This document shows positions 26,265-39,369 of a DNA stretch of 64,000 nt, piece after piece. Position numbers and translations under genes: made by a program. Position 1 is the stretch's first letter. Each line of letters opens with the position of its first letter. A model generated the notes under the pieces. The model saw only the letters and a list, made by a program, of their open reading frames with translations. It had not been told where the DNA came from and did no database searches. This DNA is from Torpedo marmorata (lineage: Eukaryota): NCBI GenBank assembly GCA_977017645.1, contig OZ360249.1, positions 27,032,001 through 27,096,000 of the forward strand, read 5' to 3'.

Positions 26265-27504
26265 CAGTTCAAAATGAAACATTTCCTGATTCTGATTCTT
26301 TTGAAGTTACTAACTAGCAAATATCTTTGTTTTTGTGCAACTGTGGCGGAATGTTATTCTTTTTTCTTGGGGGTGGGAAATCATGAATCAATTTGTCAAT
26401 TAAAAAGGGTTGCATATCAACAGAGTTATCTTGTATTGCTTTGGAATAGAGTCTTCAAAGTATAATTCATTGGTATAGAACTGTACAGACAAGCATGACA
26501 CCATTTTTAATTTGAGTCTGAATAATTACCTATTTTCAGTTAGTGTCAGTAAGATCACAATAAATTGAATTTGAGGATGAAAAATCGAAATGTATCTCCT
26601 TTTAGGTAAAGACTAGATTGAGTTTGATTGTGATAAGAATAACCTAGAGCATTGCTGTCTAAAATTCTAGGTTAAAATTTCCATTTTGTTAATATATTGT
26701 GTACTGTCAATTGATAATAGCCCAACATAATTGCTACATTTAGAAGGGAAAATTGAAAACTAAATATTTCTGAGAGTTGCCTGCATGGAGATGCATGGAG
26801 TTGCCTGCAAGGATCCTACCTGATCCCCAACTCCCTTCATCCCCTCGGGTCCAGAAACCATCAATCCCAGCTTTGAATACACTCAAAGCATGGAATTAAC
26901 AAGGTTCATAACTCTTGCTGAGTGAAGAAATCTCCTCGCTTTATTTATTAGTTTCTCATCATTATTTTTATGGGACTGCTAATGGATTACTGACAAAGTT
27001 TCTCAAAGTGGTGATAGTAAAATAACTGCAGGCATGGAACAAAATACTTTGATCTTAATTCATATATCATGTGTCCCACGAACTTGAAAAATTTTGTTGA
27101 AGAAGTGATCAAGAGGGTTGTCAAGGGCAAAGCTTCTTTAATATTAAGGTTCCTATATATGTTGAGTTTGTATATATTGGAATATTAATATTAAACAAGC
27201 ACCTTAAATGTATTTAATTGCTGGTTTGGTAATTGAGAATTCTTGAATACAACTAACAACCCTGCCTGCTTGCTGTCATCACAAAATGCTGACACTGCCC
27301 TGGAGCTGATGCCAAGTAGTATGTCTTGTAAGCATAAGGAAAGTAAACACTGCATTAGATTTAGATTATTGTGGCCAGATTTCTTGGATGCTGATGATGA
27401 TCACTGTCACTATGTCCCTAACTAAATATCCCAGTGGAAACAATTTTCTGCTTCAGTGCTACTGGTGCAGATGGGAATACTTTTTTTTCCTGTTTTCCAT
27501 ACAG

Positions 27505-27602
27505 GTTGCAAAAGCTGCCTTTCAAAGAAACAATGATGCATTGGATGCTGCATTATTTTATCTTGCTATAAAGAAAAAGGCTGTACTCTGGGGTTTATTC
27601 AG
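27505..27602 (+). CDS. DMXL2: DMXL2 exon (VAKAAFQRNND...LWGLFR), phase 0->2
   Basis: atacag acceptor; AG|gtaagt donor. Confidence 0.93.
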
Positions 27603-27929
27603 GTAAGTTCAATAGAAAAGTGAATTCTAAGGTCAGTTATTGTAAATGGAACACAATAAAGTCTTTTTATTTGATATCTATTCTTCCGAGTTGTGTCTTT
27701 CACACAAATGATCAGAGTTAACCCTGAAGATTGAGAGTCAAGATACCTCTTGGGAAATAAGTCTTCCTTACGTCAACCCCATTGATAAGGCTTTTATTTG
27801 TATTTCTTCTGTACTTAGTCAAATCAAGTTGGTCTGAAAATTTGCTCATGTTTAATGACATCTGCTTTTTTTCTCGTGACAGTTTTCTTTTAGTCTGGAG
27901 GGATATTTTAGTTTGAAATAATGGTATCC

Positions 27930-28020
27930 TCAAGTTCAAGTTTATTATCCTCTGATTGCACGTACACAACACGACAAAACAACATCTCTCCAGATCATGG
28001 TGCTCGCACAAAAACACAAT
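27930..28020 (-). mobile_element. 3' tail of Rex1-like family B
   Basis: caagttcaagtttattatcctctgattg matches 42684-42760; another tail at 51124-51190. Confidence 0.6.
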
Positions 28021-30054
28021 ACATAATGATCACATCTTGTCCTTGTTTTTAGTCCTCTTTGAAACTGAATGGATATTGATGGCTCCATCTGGTCACCGGC
28101 ATTAATTTTAATACGAGCAAAGCTAAATCCGCTGTGATACTTTTCTGTGGTGTTGAATTATTTTTATGCACATCTATTTGATTAATTTCATAAAAGTTTC
28201 AGCATTTGCTGTCCTTTTAGCCAGCTTGAATAAGGTTTGCAATGTTTTTAATAAGTTGTCCTTCATTGCTTTCAATGTAACTCTTCTCTTGTTGCAAACA
28301 ACCTTTTTGTGATAGGGTTGGGATAGAGCCATTTGTAAAGCACAAGAAAAAGTCATTTCTTACTGTATTTTTGTTTCAAGTCAATGCTATTTTTTCTTCA
28401 GTACTGGCTCTTTGCTCAAATGTAGAATACAAGAACAGGAAACTTGTGCTAGAAAACAGTGGCTGGGCCACAGCTAGATTATGTCATGTAGTTCCATTCG
28501 CCACTTTGCAGAATAATATTCTTGCACGAGAGAGTACAGAAAAAATTAAAAATTGCAGGCTGGATAAATTTCAGTCATCATTAAAAAATGGTTGGATCTT
28601 AGTTGCTTTGAAATAGAGGGAATTTGTGAGATCTTGTTGAAATGAAGAATCAAAATAGGACCATGCCTCCCATAGCAGAGAGATCATTTACCATATGGGG
28701 TGCGGATTTTGTATAATTGGTAGAAAGATGAGGATTTCTATCCCCCACGCACCATGAGTTAATGAGAACTACATGTTTGAAGGAATTGTGTGGATGTTTT
28801 AAACATTAAAAGGTATTTGGTCATGCCCTTGAAATGCAGACGTCCAACTGAGAACTGAAAAGTGAAATTGGGATGGTTATCTTTTCTATAGTCAGCATAG
28901 GATTATTATTTGCCTTGTAGATTACAATTTTGCAAATAAATGCCAGAGTTTCAAGAATATTTAAAGGCCAAGACACAGATTTGTTGAAATATCTCCAAGT
29001 TAGCTGCTGTTCGTGACCAAAAATGAATTGGTGGAATGACGCACAAAACGCGGCGTAGAAAGCCATATGATGTCTCATTTACCTGTACATACAACATCCA
29101 AAAACATTTCAAATATGGTTTCTGAAATAAATCTTAGCAACGTATTCAAAATATCTTCAGAGACATTTGAAGAATAGAAAGAAGCATACATATTTGATAA
29201 CTTGGGTTAGAAATTAATCAATGTATGCCAAATATGGGATAGGTTTTGCCTCCATAATTTGCCACTGTGGTGAAAGGGGGAGGGAATGGTGGGGGGAGAA
29301 CTACAGGGGAAGATGATTGGAGGGGATAGGGGGGGGAGGCGAATAAGTGGCTGAGACAATAATGTGGATGGCAGCTGTTTGGTGATTAATAAAGGATGGA
29401 CAAAAGAACAATTGAGGAAGTGATTGGGGGAGAAGGTTGGTGATTGTTTGGAGGTGGGATAAAAGAAGATTGAAATGAGCCAAGGGGAAGATTGGAATAA
29501 GAGGGTGCAGAGAAGCTAAGGGCATGCTGGGGAAAAGCAGGGGTGGGGATGGTGAGGTGCAGCCGTAGGGAAGATGATTTATGGAATGGAAGAATTGAAG
29601 ATTGTTCTCTTGTCCTTGCTTTATTAATCAATAAATTATGCTCTGAGATCGTAATTGCCACAGAGGAAACTGGAAGGGAATGGTCCATCACAGAATAGGA
29701 AGAATGGGCAATTACAGAGGATTTTAGCAGAAACAAAGGAAGAATGACCCATCCTGGAAGAAACTTCACTCGGTCAGAATGTGCCTTTTAAATAATGTGG
29801 GCACAGACTATGATTATTTGGTTAAGAACTACATTTAACAAGATAATCAAGCGATATCAATTGTGCTATTTATGTCATTTGAAGCCACTATCTAATCCCA
29901 GGTCTATACGTGTGTCATACACAAAGACCAGGCTACCATTAACGGAAATGTATATTGTGTGCACAATGTACCCAACTGCATTTCATGATTTAGTTTCCTG
30001 TAAAATTTGTTTACATTGTTCATATTATCTTTGCATTAATAAGCTGTGTTTTAG

Positions 30055-30230
30055 ACCAAAGTTCTGGAGAAACTTAGCAGGTCACGCAGCATCTATAGGA
30101 AGTAAAAGGCACTCAATGCTTCGGGCCTGAACCGTTGATGACCTTTTGCCTCCTGTTGATGCTGCATGACCTGCTGAGTTTCTCCAGCACTTTTGTGTAT
30201 TAGATCCCAGCATCTGGAGATTTTCTTGTT
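30055..30230. mobile_element. Second fold-back Penelope-pLTR derivative
   Basis: ctggagaaacttagcaggtcacgcagcatc pairs with gatgctgcatgacctgctgagtttctccag. Confidence 0.7.
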
Positions 30231-30325
30231 TAAGCTGTATTTTGGTTACTTGATCAATTGAATTTTTTTCCATAGTGTAGTTGCAAATTTAGTACAAATA
30301 TAATTCAAAGTTATTTTTTTCTCAG

Positions 30326-30491
30326 ATCTCAGCAGGATAAAAAGATGACCGAGTTTTTCAAACACAATTTTAGTGAAGATAGGTGGCGTAAAGCAGCTTT
30401 AAAAAATGCATTTGCTTTGCTGGGTAAACAGCGCTTTGGGCAAGCTGCTGCATTTTTCCTTTTGGCTGGTTCTTTAAAGGATGCTATTGAG
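30326..30491 (+). CDS. DMXL2: DMXL2 exon (SQQDKKMTEFF...KDAIE), phase 2->0
   Basis: ttctcag acceptor; GAG|gtaatg donor. Confidence 0.93.
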
Positions 30492-30597
30492 GTAATGTTG
30501 GTTTTCCTTGTTCAAAACACAATTGGTTATTTTTTTCCAAAGTAACCTAATCAAAACAGAGTTTCGTTCTATCAGTTCCAGAGTTATGTATTAAATA

Positions 30598-30994
30598 CCG
30601 TATATGTCGGTGTATAAGACGGTCCTTGAACTTTAAAAATGTCACCCCAAAACCTTATAAGCCAAATATAAAATCCGAACAGCCAAGTCTCAGCGCTCCC
30701 CCTCAGTGTCCATCCGCCTAGTCCGACTGCTGTCGGCTCTGAACAGGCTTTAAATGGCTTGTTAAAAGGAGCTGACGGTGGTTTATTTTAAAATATGTTA
30801 ATAAAATTTAAACCTTTACTGGGTAATTTGCTTTTAAAATATTGTGAATTGGTATATTAAATGTGCCTTGCAGCATCACTCCACTGGTCAGCGGTAAGTG
30901 CCAGACTTGGGGTAGTCTTATACAGCGAGTATAGTTCAAAACCTACATTTTAGGTGGAAATTCAGGGGGTTGTCTTAAATGTCGGCGTATACGG
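30598..30994. mobile_element. Tc2/pogo-type MITE
   Basis: Imperfect TIRs CCGTATATGTCGGTGTATAAGAC / GTCTTAAATGTCGGCGTATACGG; TA on both flanks. Confidence 0.75.
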
Positions 30995-31320
30995 TAATTG
31001 TAAAACTTTATAGGACTGAGATTGTTTAAAAGAAACTGCTTTACCAATTCATTTATGCTTTATTTCCATTTAATGTTGAAATAGCATTTCAGAGTTATAT
31101 GTCGAGAAATTATAAATGAATCCTCGACTTTAAAAGTTAAAAAAACACACAGGTATTGTGGGGATGGGATTCATTTGTAATATTCAGATAGCAAATATGT
31201 TCCAATGTAGAGTATTTTTTAAATTGTACTCTAATTCACAATTCTTCAATCAAAGTTTGCACATTTTTTTACTTTTACTGACTATATTCAAATGTGGAGT
31301 TCATGTTCATGCCCTGACAG

Positions 31321-31585
31321 GTGATTTTAGAAAAAATGGACGATATCCAGTTGGCCATGATTATTGCACGACTATATGAATCTGATTATGAAACATCCTC
31401 AACTTGTAAATATATTCTTTATGAAAAAGTTCTTGGCTGTAAGCCAGGTGGATCTGAGTTTGCACTAAGCAAACTGCATCCAGATCCATTTCTACGGAGT
31501 ATTGCATATTGGACTTTGAAGAATTATTCCAATGCGTTGGATACTCTGCTAGAGCAACCTACAAAAGGTACTGAAGAACATTCAG
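31321..31585 (+). CDS. DMXL2: DMXL2 exon (VILEKMDDIQLAMII...EEHS), phase 0->1
   Basis: tgacag acceptor; G|gtatgt donor. Confidence 0.92.
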
Positions 31586-33897
31586 GTATGTAATGTAATA
31601 TGAAACTTTACATTGTATTAAACCAAATGTACAATCATATTCTGGAATAACATACAGAGCATTTTTAAAAATCATATTTTTCTGAGTATTAGATTGGAGG
31701 AAGAAGCTGATTGGAGCAAGAGAGGTCAGGTGACCTGAGGAGCGGCAGCAGTTAGAATTTAAAAAGGGGCGAGGCAGCAGCTAGAAGCTGATTGGAGGAA
31801 GAAGCTGAGTATCACTACAAAATTGAGGAACTGTGTAGTGGAGCAGTCATCGTCAGAGTGGACTGAGTCAGAGTGGTAAGGCTTTGGCTCAATAGGCTTC
31901 GGTGAGAATAGGTAAGAGGTGAGGGATAGTAGGAGTTGAAGTAAGAAAGGGACACCCTATTCGAGGAACAAAAGGATTCCGCAGGTAGGCACAGGTAAGG
32001 GCAGGTTTTTTATATCATATATTTTGTTCCTCTAGTGGGAATGGCAGCCAAGGCAGGGGAATTCTTCTCTTGCAGAATGTGGGCCATCAGGAAAGCCAGC
32101 AGTACCTCTGACGACTTCATCTGCAAGAAGTGCATCCAACTGCAGCTCCTGACAAGCCGAGTTAAGGAATTGGAGCTGGAGTTGGATGAACTCCGGATCA
32201 TTTGGGAGGCAGAGGAGGTGGTGGACAGGAGTTGTAGGGACACTATTACACCTAAGAGGTAGGAGGAGGGTAGATGGGTGACGATCAGGAGAGGGAAAGG
32301 GAACAGGCAGGCAGTGCAGCGTACCCTGTGGCCGTTCCCCTCAATAACATGTATACCATTTTGGATACTGTTGGGGAGGGTGGGGGGGAACAAGCCACGG
32401 CGATCAGGTCTCTGGCACGGAGTCTGGTCCTGTGGCTAAGAAGGGAAGGGAGGAGAAGATGAGAGCTGTAGTGATAGGGGTTTCCATAGTTAGGGGGACA
32501 GATAAGAGGTTCTGTGGAAGAGATCGAGCATCCCGGATGGTATGTTGCCTCCCTGGTGCCAGGGTCCGAGATATCTCAGATCAAGTTCACGGCATTCTCA
32601 GGAGGGAGGGAGAGCAACTAGATGTCGTGGTCCATATAAGGACCAATGATGTGGGTAGGAAAGGTGAGGAGGTCCTGCAAGGAGAGTTCAGGGAGTTAGG
32701 CACAAGGTTGAAGGACAGGACCTCCAGGGTTGTAATCTCAGGATTGCTATCTATGCCACATGCTAGTGAGGTTAGAAATAGGAGGAAAATGCAGCTTTAC
32801 ACATGGCTAAAGACATAGTGCAGGAGGGAGGGCTTCAGGTTTCTGGATCATTGGGCTCACTTCCAGGGAAGGTGGGACCTGTTCCGACGGGACGGTTTGC
32901 ATCTGAACTTGAGGGGGACTAATATCCTTGCGGGAAGGTGTGCTAGTGCTGCTCCGATGAGTTTAAACTAGATTTGCAGGGGGATGGGAACCAGAGTGCC
33001 AGAGCAGATGGAGGAGGGAAAAGATGATGTAAAAATTGCACGCACCGTTAGAAGTCAACGGGTTGTACGTGGTGGAAATTGTCTAAAGTGCATCTATTTC
33101 AATGCAAGGAGTATTGTAGGAAAGGCAAGTGAGCTTAGAGCGTGGATTGGCACGTGGAATTATGACATTGTGGCCATTAGTGAAATTTGGTTGCAGGAGG
33201 GGCAGGACTGGCAGCTCAATGTTCAGGGCTTCCGTTGCTTTAGACACGATAGAACGTAGGGATGAAAGGGGGAGGAGTGGCATTGCTCGTCAGGGAAAAT
33301 ATCACAGCTGTGCTCAGGCAGGACCGACCAGAGGACTCGTCTACTGAGGCTATATGGGTGGAGCTGAGGAATGGGAAAGGTATGACCACACTCATGCGGT
33401 TGTATTATAGACCGCCCAATAGTCATCGAGAATTGGAGGAGCAAATCTATAGAGAGATAGCAGACAGCTGCAGGAAACATAAGGTTGTGATAGTAGGGGA
33501 TTTTAATTTTCCACATATTGACTGGGACTCCCATACTGTAAAAGGGCTGGATGGCTTGGAGTTTGTCAAATGTGTTCAGTAAAGTTTTCTAAATCAATAT
33601 ATAGAGGTACCAACTGGAGAGAATGCAATACTGGATCTCCTTTTAGGGAACGAGACAGGACAGGTGACAAAAGTACATGTGGGAGAACATTTTGGGTCCA
33701 GTGATCATAATGCCATTAGTTTTAAGTTAATTATGAAGAAGGATAGGTCTGGGCCTCGGGTTGAGATTCTAAATTGGAGAAAGGCTAATTTTGTGGAAAT
33801 GAGAAAGGATCTAGAATGTGTGGATTGGGATAAGTTGTTTTCAGGCAAGAATGTGCGAGGTAAATGGTGGACTTTCAAAGGAGAAATTTTGAGAGTA

Positions 33898-36116
33898 CAG
33901 GTATGCGCCGCTTAACGTCCGTTTGGGCAACATCCGACCGCATATACGTCCGTCGTCCCATAAGGTTATAATAGAGTTCAGAAATCCCGATCGGAGAACG
34001 GGACGTAGCGGACGTAACCGGACGTATGCAACAACTTCCCACACGCAACACGTGTATCTCATGTCTTTTGTATACAAAGGCTTATGTATGTAGGTACTGT
34101 ACTTTCTATCTATCATGGCTCCCAAACGCAGCAAAACCAGTGCTAGTGATAGCAGCAGCAAGAGGCAAAGGAGCGGTATCGATTTGGAAATGAAACAAAA
34201 GGTTATTAAACAACACAAAGGTGGAAAAACAGTGAATGCTATTGCTCATAATTTAGGCATGTCGCACTCGACAATCACGACGATCCTCAAAAACAAAGAA
34301 AAATTCTCCAAGCTGTTAAAGGATCGGCTCCACTGAAAGTTACAAGGCTAACGAAAATGTGAGAGGGACCTATATCAGATATCGAGAAATTGCTAATGAC
34401 GTGGATTGAGGACCAAACACAAAAGCAAGTTCCTGTCAGCATGTTGACGATCACTGCTAAGGCACGAAGCTTGTTCCAGATGTTTAAAGAAAAAGCAGGA
34501 CCAGACTACGATATCGAGTTTAGTGCTTGCTCTGGGTGGTTCAGGCGCTTCAAACAACGTTTTTCGCTGCATAATGTGAAAGTGAGTGGTGAGTCTGCGA
34601 GTGCTGATGCGAAGGCAGCAGAAGAATTTGTTGAAACCTCAGATAAACTAATTGTAGAGGGAGGATATTTGCCCCAGCAAATTTTTAATATGGACGAAAC
34701 CTCATTATTCTGGAAGTGAATGCCTGAAAGGACCTTCATCCATAAGGAGGCCAAGTCAATGCCAGGCTTTAAGGCTTTTAAAGACAGAGTGACAGTGTTG
34801 TTAGGAGGCAATGTTGCTGACTACAAGTTAAAGCCATTTCTTATTTGGCATAGTGAAAACCCCAAGGCTTTCAAGAACATTAACAAACACACCTTACCGG
34901 TTTATTACAGGAGCAATAAAAAGTCCTGGATGACACAAATGCTGTTTCAGGGTGCCCTTCTCGATTGCTATGCCAGTGAAATGGAGAAGTACTGCTTGGA
35001 AGAAGGCATACCTTTCAAGATTTTGCTAATTGTAGACAATGCTCCAGGACATCCCCCTTTCATTGGTGACCTCCACCCCAACATCAAAGTGGTGTTCCTC
35101 CCACCAAACACCACCTCTTTAATCCAGCCAATGGACCAAGGGGTTATTGCAGCATTCAAGGCCTACCACCTGAGGAGGACCTTTGCTCAGCTGTTGCTGC
35201 AACTGATGACACTGGCAAGACACTGATGCAGTTCTGGAAGGAGTACAACATTTTCCACTGCATAAAGAACCTTGCTTGGGCCTGGGATGATGTGACCAAA
35301 GAGTGCATGAATGGCATATGGAAAAAAATACTGAAGTGTTATGTGCATGACTTTAAGGGATTTGAAAAAGATAATGAGATTGCAAGAATTAATAGAGCTG
35401 TTGTCGACATTGTAAACAACAACCTGAACCTAGACATAGATGATGAGGACATTGAAGAACTCCTTGAGGTGGTTCCTGAGGAACTAACAAATGAAGAGTT
35501 GCTAGAGCAAGAGCGAATAGCTGAAGAAGAGGAAAAGGAAACTGCAGAAGGAGAACAGGTGCAGAAGAGGTTCACTGTTAAGGGGTTAGCCAAATTCTTT
35601 GCAGACCTTTACAGCTTGCTGAAGAGATGGACCCAAGCACTGAACGCTTTTCACTGATAGAGAGGAATGCTCATGCAGTGTTTGCTGCATATAAAGAAAT
35701 TTATGAAGAAAAGAAAAAGCAAACTAGGCAAACAACACTGGACGTATTCCTGAAGAAGCCAACACCTCCACAAGAAGAGCCTCAGCCAGGTCCTTCAGGC
35801 ATTACAGAGTGTCAGTTCATCAATGGAGGTTATTCGACCTGAAACTCTTCCAGTGGAACACCTTGAGGAAGTTGAGAACAGTGATGTGGATGATCCTGAT
35901 CCTCTTAGTTAAATTGTGTGCGATATAGGCTAAAAAAGTGTTTACATTAAAGTTTAAAAAGTGGAAAAAAAAATTAAACAGTTTAATTTAGCGTAAGTTC
36001 AGTATCCCGTTTAGCTTTGCTAAGTATATACAGTAATATGGTGTTCGCACAATGTTCACATCGCATAACGCCCAGTTTCACAGAATGTATCGTGGACGTT
36101 AAGCGGCACATACCTG
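33898..36116 (+). mobile_element. Full-length Tigger (pogo family) DNA transposon with disrupted transposase, nested in the CR1
   Basis: 23-bp TIRs CAGGTATG(C/T)GCCGCTTAACGTCC; TA on both flanks; psq-HTH/CENP-B/DDE fragments (IFNMDET, LLIVDNAPGH, LPPNTTSLIQPMDQG). Confidence 0.95.
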
Positions 36117-37281
36117 TATAGAGTTTGTATATTCCTGTCAGGATTAAAGGCAAGGTTAGCAAGCATAGGGAACCTTGGTTTTCAAGGGATATTGGGGATC
36201 TGGTTCAGAAGAAGAGAGAGGTGTATAGCAGGTATAGGCAACGTGGAACAAATGAGGTACTTGAGGAGTATAAAAAATGCAAGAAAAACCTCAAGAAAGA
36301 AATCAGGAAGGCAAAAAAAAGACATGAGGTTGCTGTGGCAGACAATGTGAAGGAAAATCCTAAGGGTTTCTACAGGTATATTAGAGCAAAAGGATAGTAA
36401 GGGACAAAATTGATCTCCTTGAAGATCAGAGTGGTTGGCTTTGTATGGAGCCAAAAGAGATGGAGGAGATCTTAAATGTTTTTCTTTCATCAGTATTCAC
36501 TCAGGAAACAGGCACAGAGTCGTGGGAAGTAAGGAAAACAAGCAGTGAGGTCATGGAACCTATACAGATTAAAGAGGAGGAAGTGCTTGCCATCTTAAAG
36601 CAAATAAGGATGGATAAATCCCCAGGGCCTGATATTCCCTCGGACCTTGAGGGAGGCTAGTGTAGAAATTGCAGGGGCTCTTGCAGAAATATTTACAATG
36701 TCCTTAGCCACGGGTGTGGTGCCGGAGGATTGGAGGGTAGCTCACGTTGTTCCGTTGTTTAAAAAAAGACTCCAAAAGTAACCCTGGAAATTATAGGCTG
36801 GTGAGCCTGACGTCAGTAGTAGGTAAATTATTGGAAGGTGTTCTAAGAGATCGGATATACAATTATTTGGATAGCCAGAAACTAGGGATAGTCAAGATGG
36901 CTTTGTGCGTGGTAGATTGTGTTTAACCAATCTTAGAGTTTTTTTGAGGAGGTTACCAGGAAAGTTGACGAAGGAAAGGCTGTGGATGTTGTCTACGTGG
37001 ACTTTAGTAAGGCCTTTGACAAGGTACCACATGGGAGGTTCAGACGCTAGGTATTCATGGTGAAGTAGTGAAATGGATTCGACAATGGCTGGACGGGAGA
37101 AGCCAGAGAGTAGTGGTGGATGATCGCTTCTCAGACTGGAGGCCTGTGACTAATGGTGTGCCTCAGGGATCGGTGCTGGGACCATTGTTGTTTGTCATCT
37201 ATATCAATTATCTGGATTTTAATGTGGTAAATTAGATCAGCAAGTTTGCAGATGACACTAAGATTGGAGGTGTTGTGGACA

Positions 37282-37465
37282 GTGAAGAAGGTTTTCAAAG
37301 CTTGCAGAGGGATCTGGACCAGCTGGAAAAATGGGCTGAAAAATGGCAGATGGAATTTAATGCAGACAAGTGTGAAGAAGGTTTTCAAAGCTTGCAGAGG
37401 GACCTGGGCCAGCTGGAAAAATGGGCTGAAAAATGGCAGATGGAATTTAATGCAGACAAGTGTGA
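37282..37465 (+). repeat. 90-bp tandem duplication within CR1 RT
   Basis: EEGFQSLQRDL(D/G)QLEKWAEKWQMEFNADKC occurs twice; GTGA at the junctions. Confidence 0.92.
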
Positions 37466-37637
37466 GGTGTTGCATTTTGGAAGGACAAACCAAGAAAGGG
37501 CGTACACGGTGAATGGTAGGGCACTGAGGAGTGCGGTAGAAAAGAGGAACCTGGGAATACAGATACCTAATTCCCTGAAAGTGGCATCACAGGTGGATAG
37601 GGTTGTAAAGAGAGCTTTAGGCATATTGGCCTTAATA

Positions 37638-37830
37638 TCCCCGTGTCTTCGTGGGTTTTCTCCGGGGGCTCCGGTTTCCTCCCACCGTTCAAAGATGTAC
37701 TGGGGGTGTAGGTTAATGGGGTGTAAATTGGGCAGCACGGACTCATGGGCCGAAATTGTTTGTTACCGTGCTGTATGTCTAATTTTTTTCCCCCAAAATA
37801 AATAAATAAATAATTTGAATTTAAAATGTA
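37638..37830 (+). mobile_element. 5'-truncated V-SINE nested in the CR1
   Basis: V-domain core plus AT-rich tail interrupting CR1 ttggcctt...ataaatcaaagtattgag. Confidence 0.82.
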
Positions 37831-38816
37831 ATAAATCAAAGTATTGAGTATAGGAGTTGGGATGTTATGGTAAAGTTGAATAAGACATTGGTGAGGCCAA
37901 ATTTGGAGTATTGTGTGCAGTTTTGGTCACCTAACTACAGGAAAGGTATCAATAAGATAGAAAGAGTGCAGAGAAGATTTACTAGGATGTTGCCCGGACT
38001 TCAGGAACAGAGTTACAGGGAAAGGTTAAACAGGTTAGGACTTTATTCCCTGGAGCGTAGAAGAATGAGGGGAGATTTGATAGAGGTATTTAAAATTATG
38101 AGGGGGATAGACAGAGTAAATGTAGATAGGCTTTTTTCCACTGAGGGTAGGTGAAATACAAACCAGATGACATGGGTTAAGAGTGAAAGGGGAAAAGTTT
38201 AGGGGGAACGTGAAGGGGAACTTCTTCACACAGAGAGTGGTGGGAGTGGAATGAGCTGCCAGCTGAAGTGGTGAATGTGGGCTCAATTTTAACATTTAAG
38301 AAGAATTTGGATAGGTACATGGATGGGAGGGGTATGGAGGGCTATGGACTTGGGTGCAGCTTAGTGGGACTAGGAAAATAAAGTTGAGCACAGACTAGAA
38401 GGGCCGAAGGGGCCTGTTTCTGTGCTGCAGTGTTCTATGGTTCTATTATAGCACTGGAGATTTTTTTTCTTTAGTTTAGCAGGCGGCATGGTGCCTATGT
38501 CCCAAAATGACCATTTTGATTGGGGAAAAAAATGCAGCCAGTCTTTCTTGGTAAAGATAAATGTGCAGCATTCTTCAATAAAAAGCATTCACAGATGGAG
38601 AGATGAAGAGATTATAATGGTTGATTGGTTTCCAGCTCCAAAGCTAGTTTGCTCTTTGACTCCCAATGCTTTCACTGACTAGTCAGAGAAATTGACACTC
38701 ATATTGCAAGCAAAAATAATCATCATCTCACTTAATGATGCATGAGTTTCCTCAGCAAAATGAACCCTGGCCTCTGGTACTGACAGCTAATGTTATTGTG
38801 TTTCACCACTTATCAT

Positions 38817-39040
38817 GGTTAGTGTAGTGGTTAGCACAACACTATTACAGCACTAGCGACCGGGGTTTGAACCCAGCGCTGTCTGTAAGGAGTTTGTACA
38901 TTCTCCCCATGTCTTTGTGGGTTTCCTCCGGGGGTTGTAGGTCAGTTGGGTGTCATTGGGTGACATGGGCTCGTGTGCCGGAAGAGCCTGTTACCATGCT
39001 GTATGTCTACATTTTTAAAATGAAAAATTTTAATTTAAAA
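38817..39040 (+). mobile_element. V-SINE with tRNA-like head
   Basis: agtgtagtggttagcac (A-box-like), ggtttgaaccc (B-box-like), V core. Confidence 0.8.
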
Positions 39041-39369
39041 ATTTCACTCAGCCGCGACCCCTGCCCTCTGATAGTACACCCAAGCTTCTGACCAAAAATC
39101 CAGAAACTCTCATTTCCTCCATCCCAACCCACCAATGAAGCTTGTACTCTTATTACAGAGGCATTCAATTATGTTACAAGGTTCACTTCTGATTATTGCA
39201 GTTCTTGTGACTTTATTCCTATATTGTGATACAAGTCTGAACATATAAGGCTCCACAGACTTCACAGTTCATGTGCAGTGTAATACACAGCCAGGGCATA
39301 ACTTCTGGATTTTAATATCTAATCTAGTAAATTGAAAAAGTAGTTATTGTAGTTTCTATTATATTTCAG

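Larger units (their letters stand above)
31690..38446 (+). mobile_element. Near full-length but degraded CR1-clade LINE (HER1-like): ORF1 Zn-finger/leucine zipper + SGNH esterase; ORF2 APE + RT
   Basis: ORF1 fragments CRMW...FICKKC...VKELELELDEL and VIGVSIVRG...VVCCLPGA-type; ORF2 [49 protein letters not shown]; 3' end gggccgaaggggcctgtttctgtgctg...ttctatggttctat; many stops and frameshifts. Confidence 0.92.

Noticed and set aside
34115-35842. Possible domesticated TIGD/CENP-B-like gene
   Set aside because: Multiple frameshifts and stops with intact TIRs and TA duplication indicate a decaying transposon copy.
37282-37465. Direct repeat that might suggest an array or CRISPR
   Set aside because: Only two abutting 90-bp units with no spacers; a simple duplication in a dead LINE in eukaryotic DNA.
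38817-38880. tRNA-like sequence
   Set aside because: It is the degenerate head of a V-SINE, not a complete cloverleaf.
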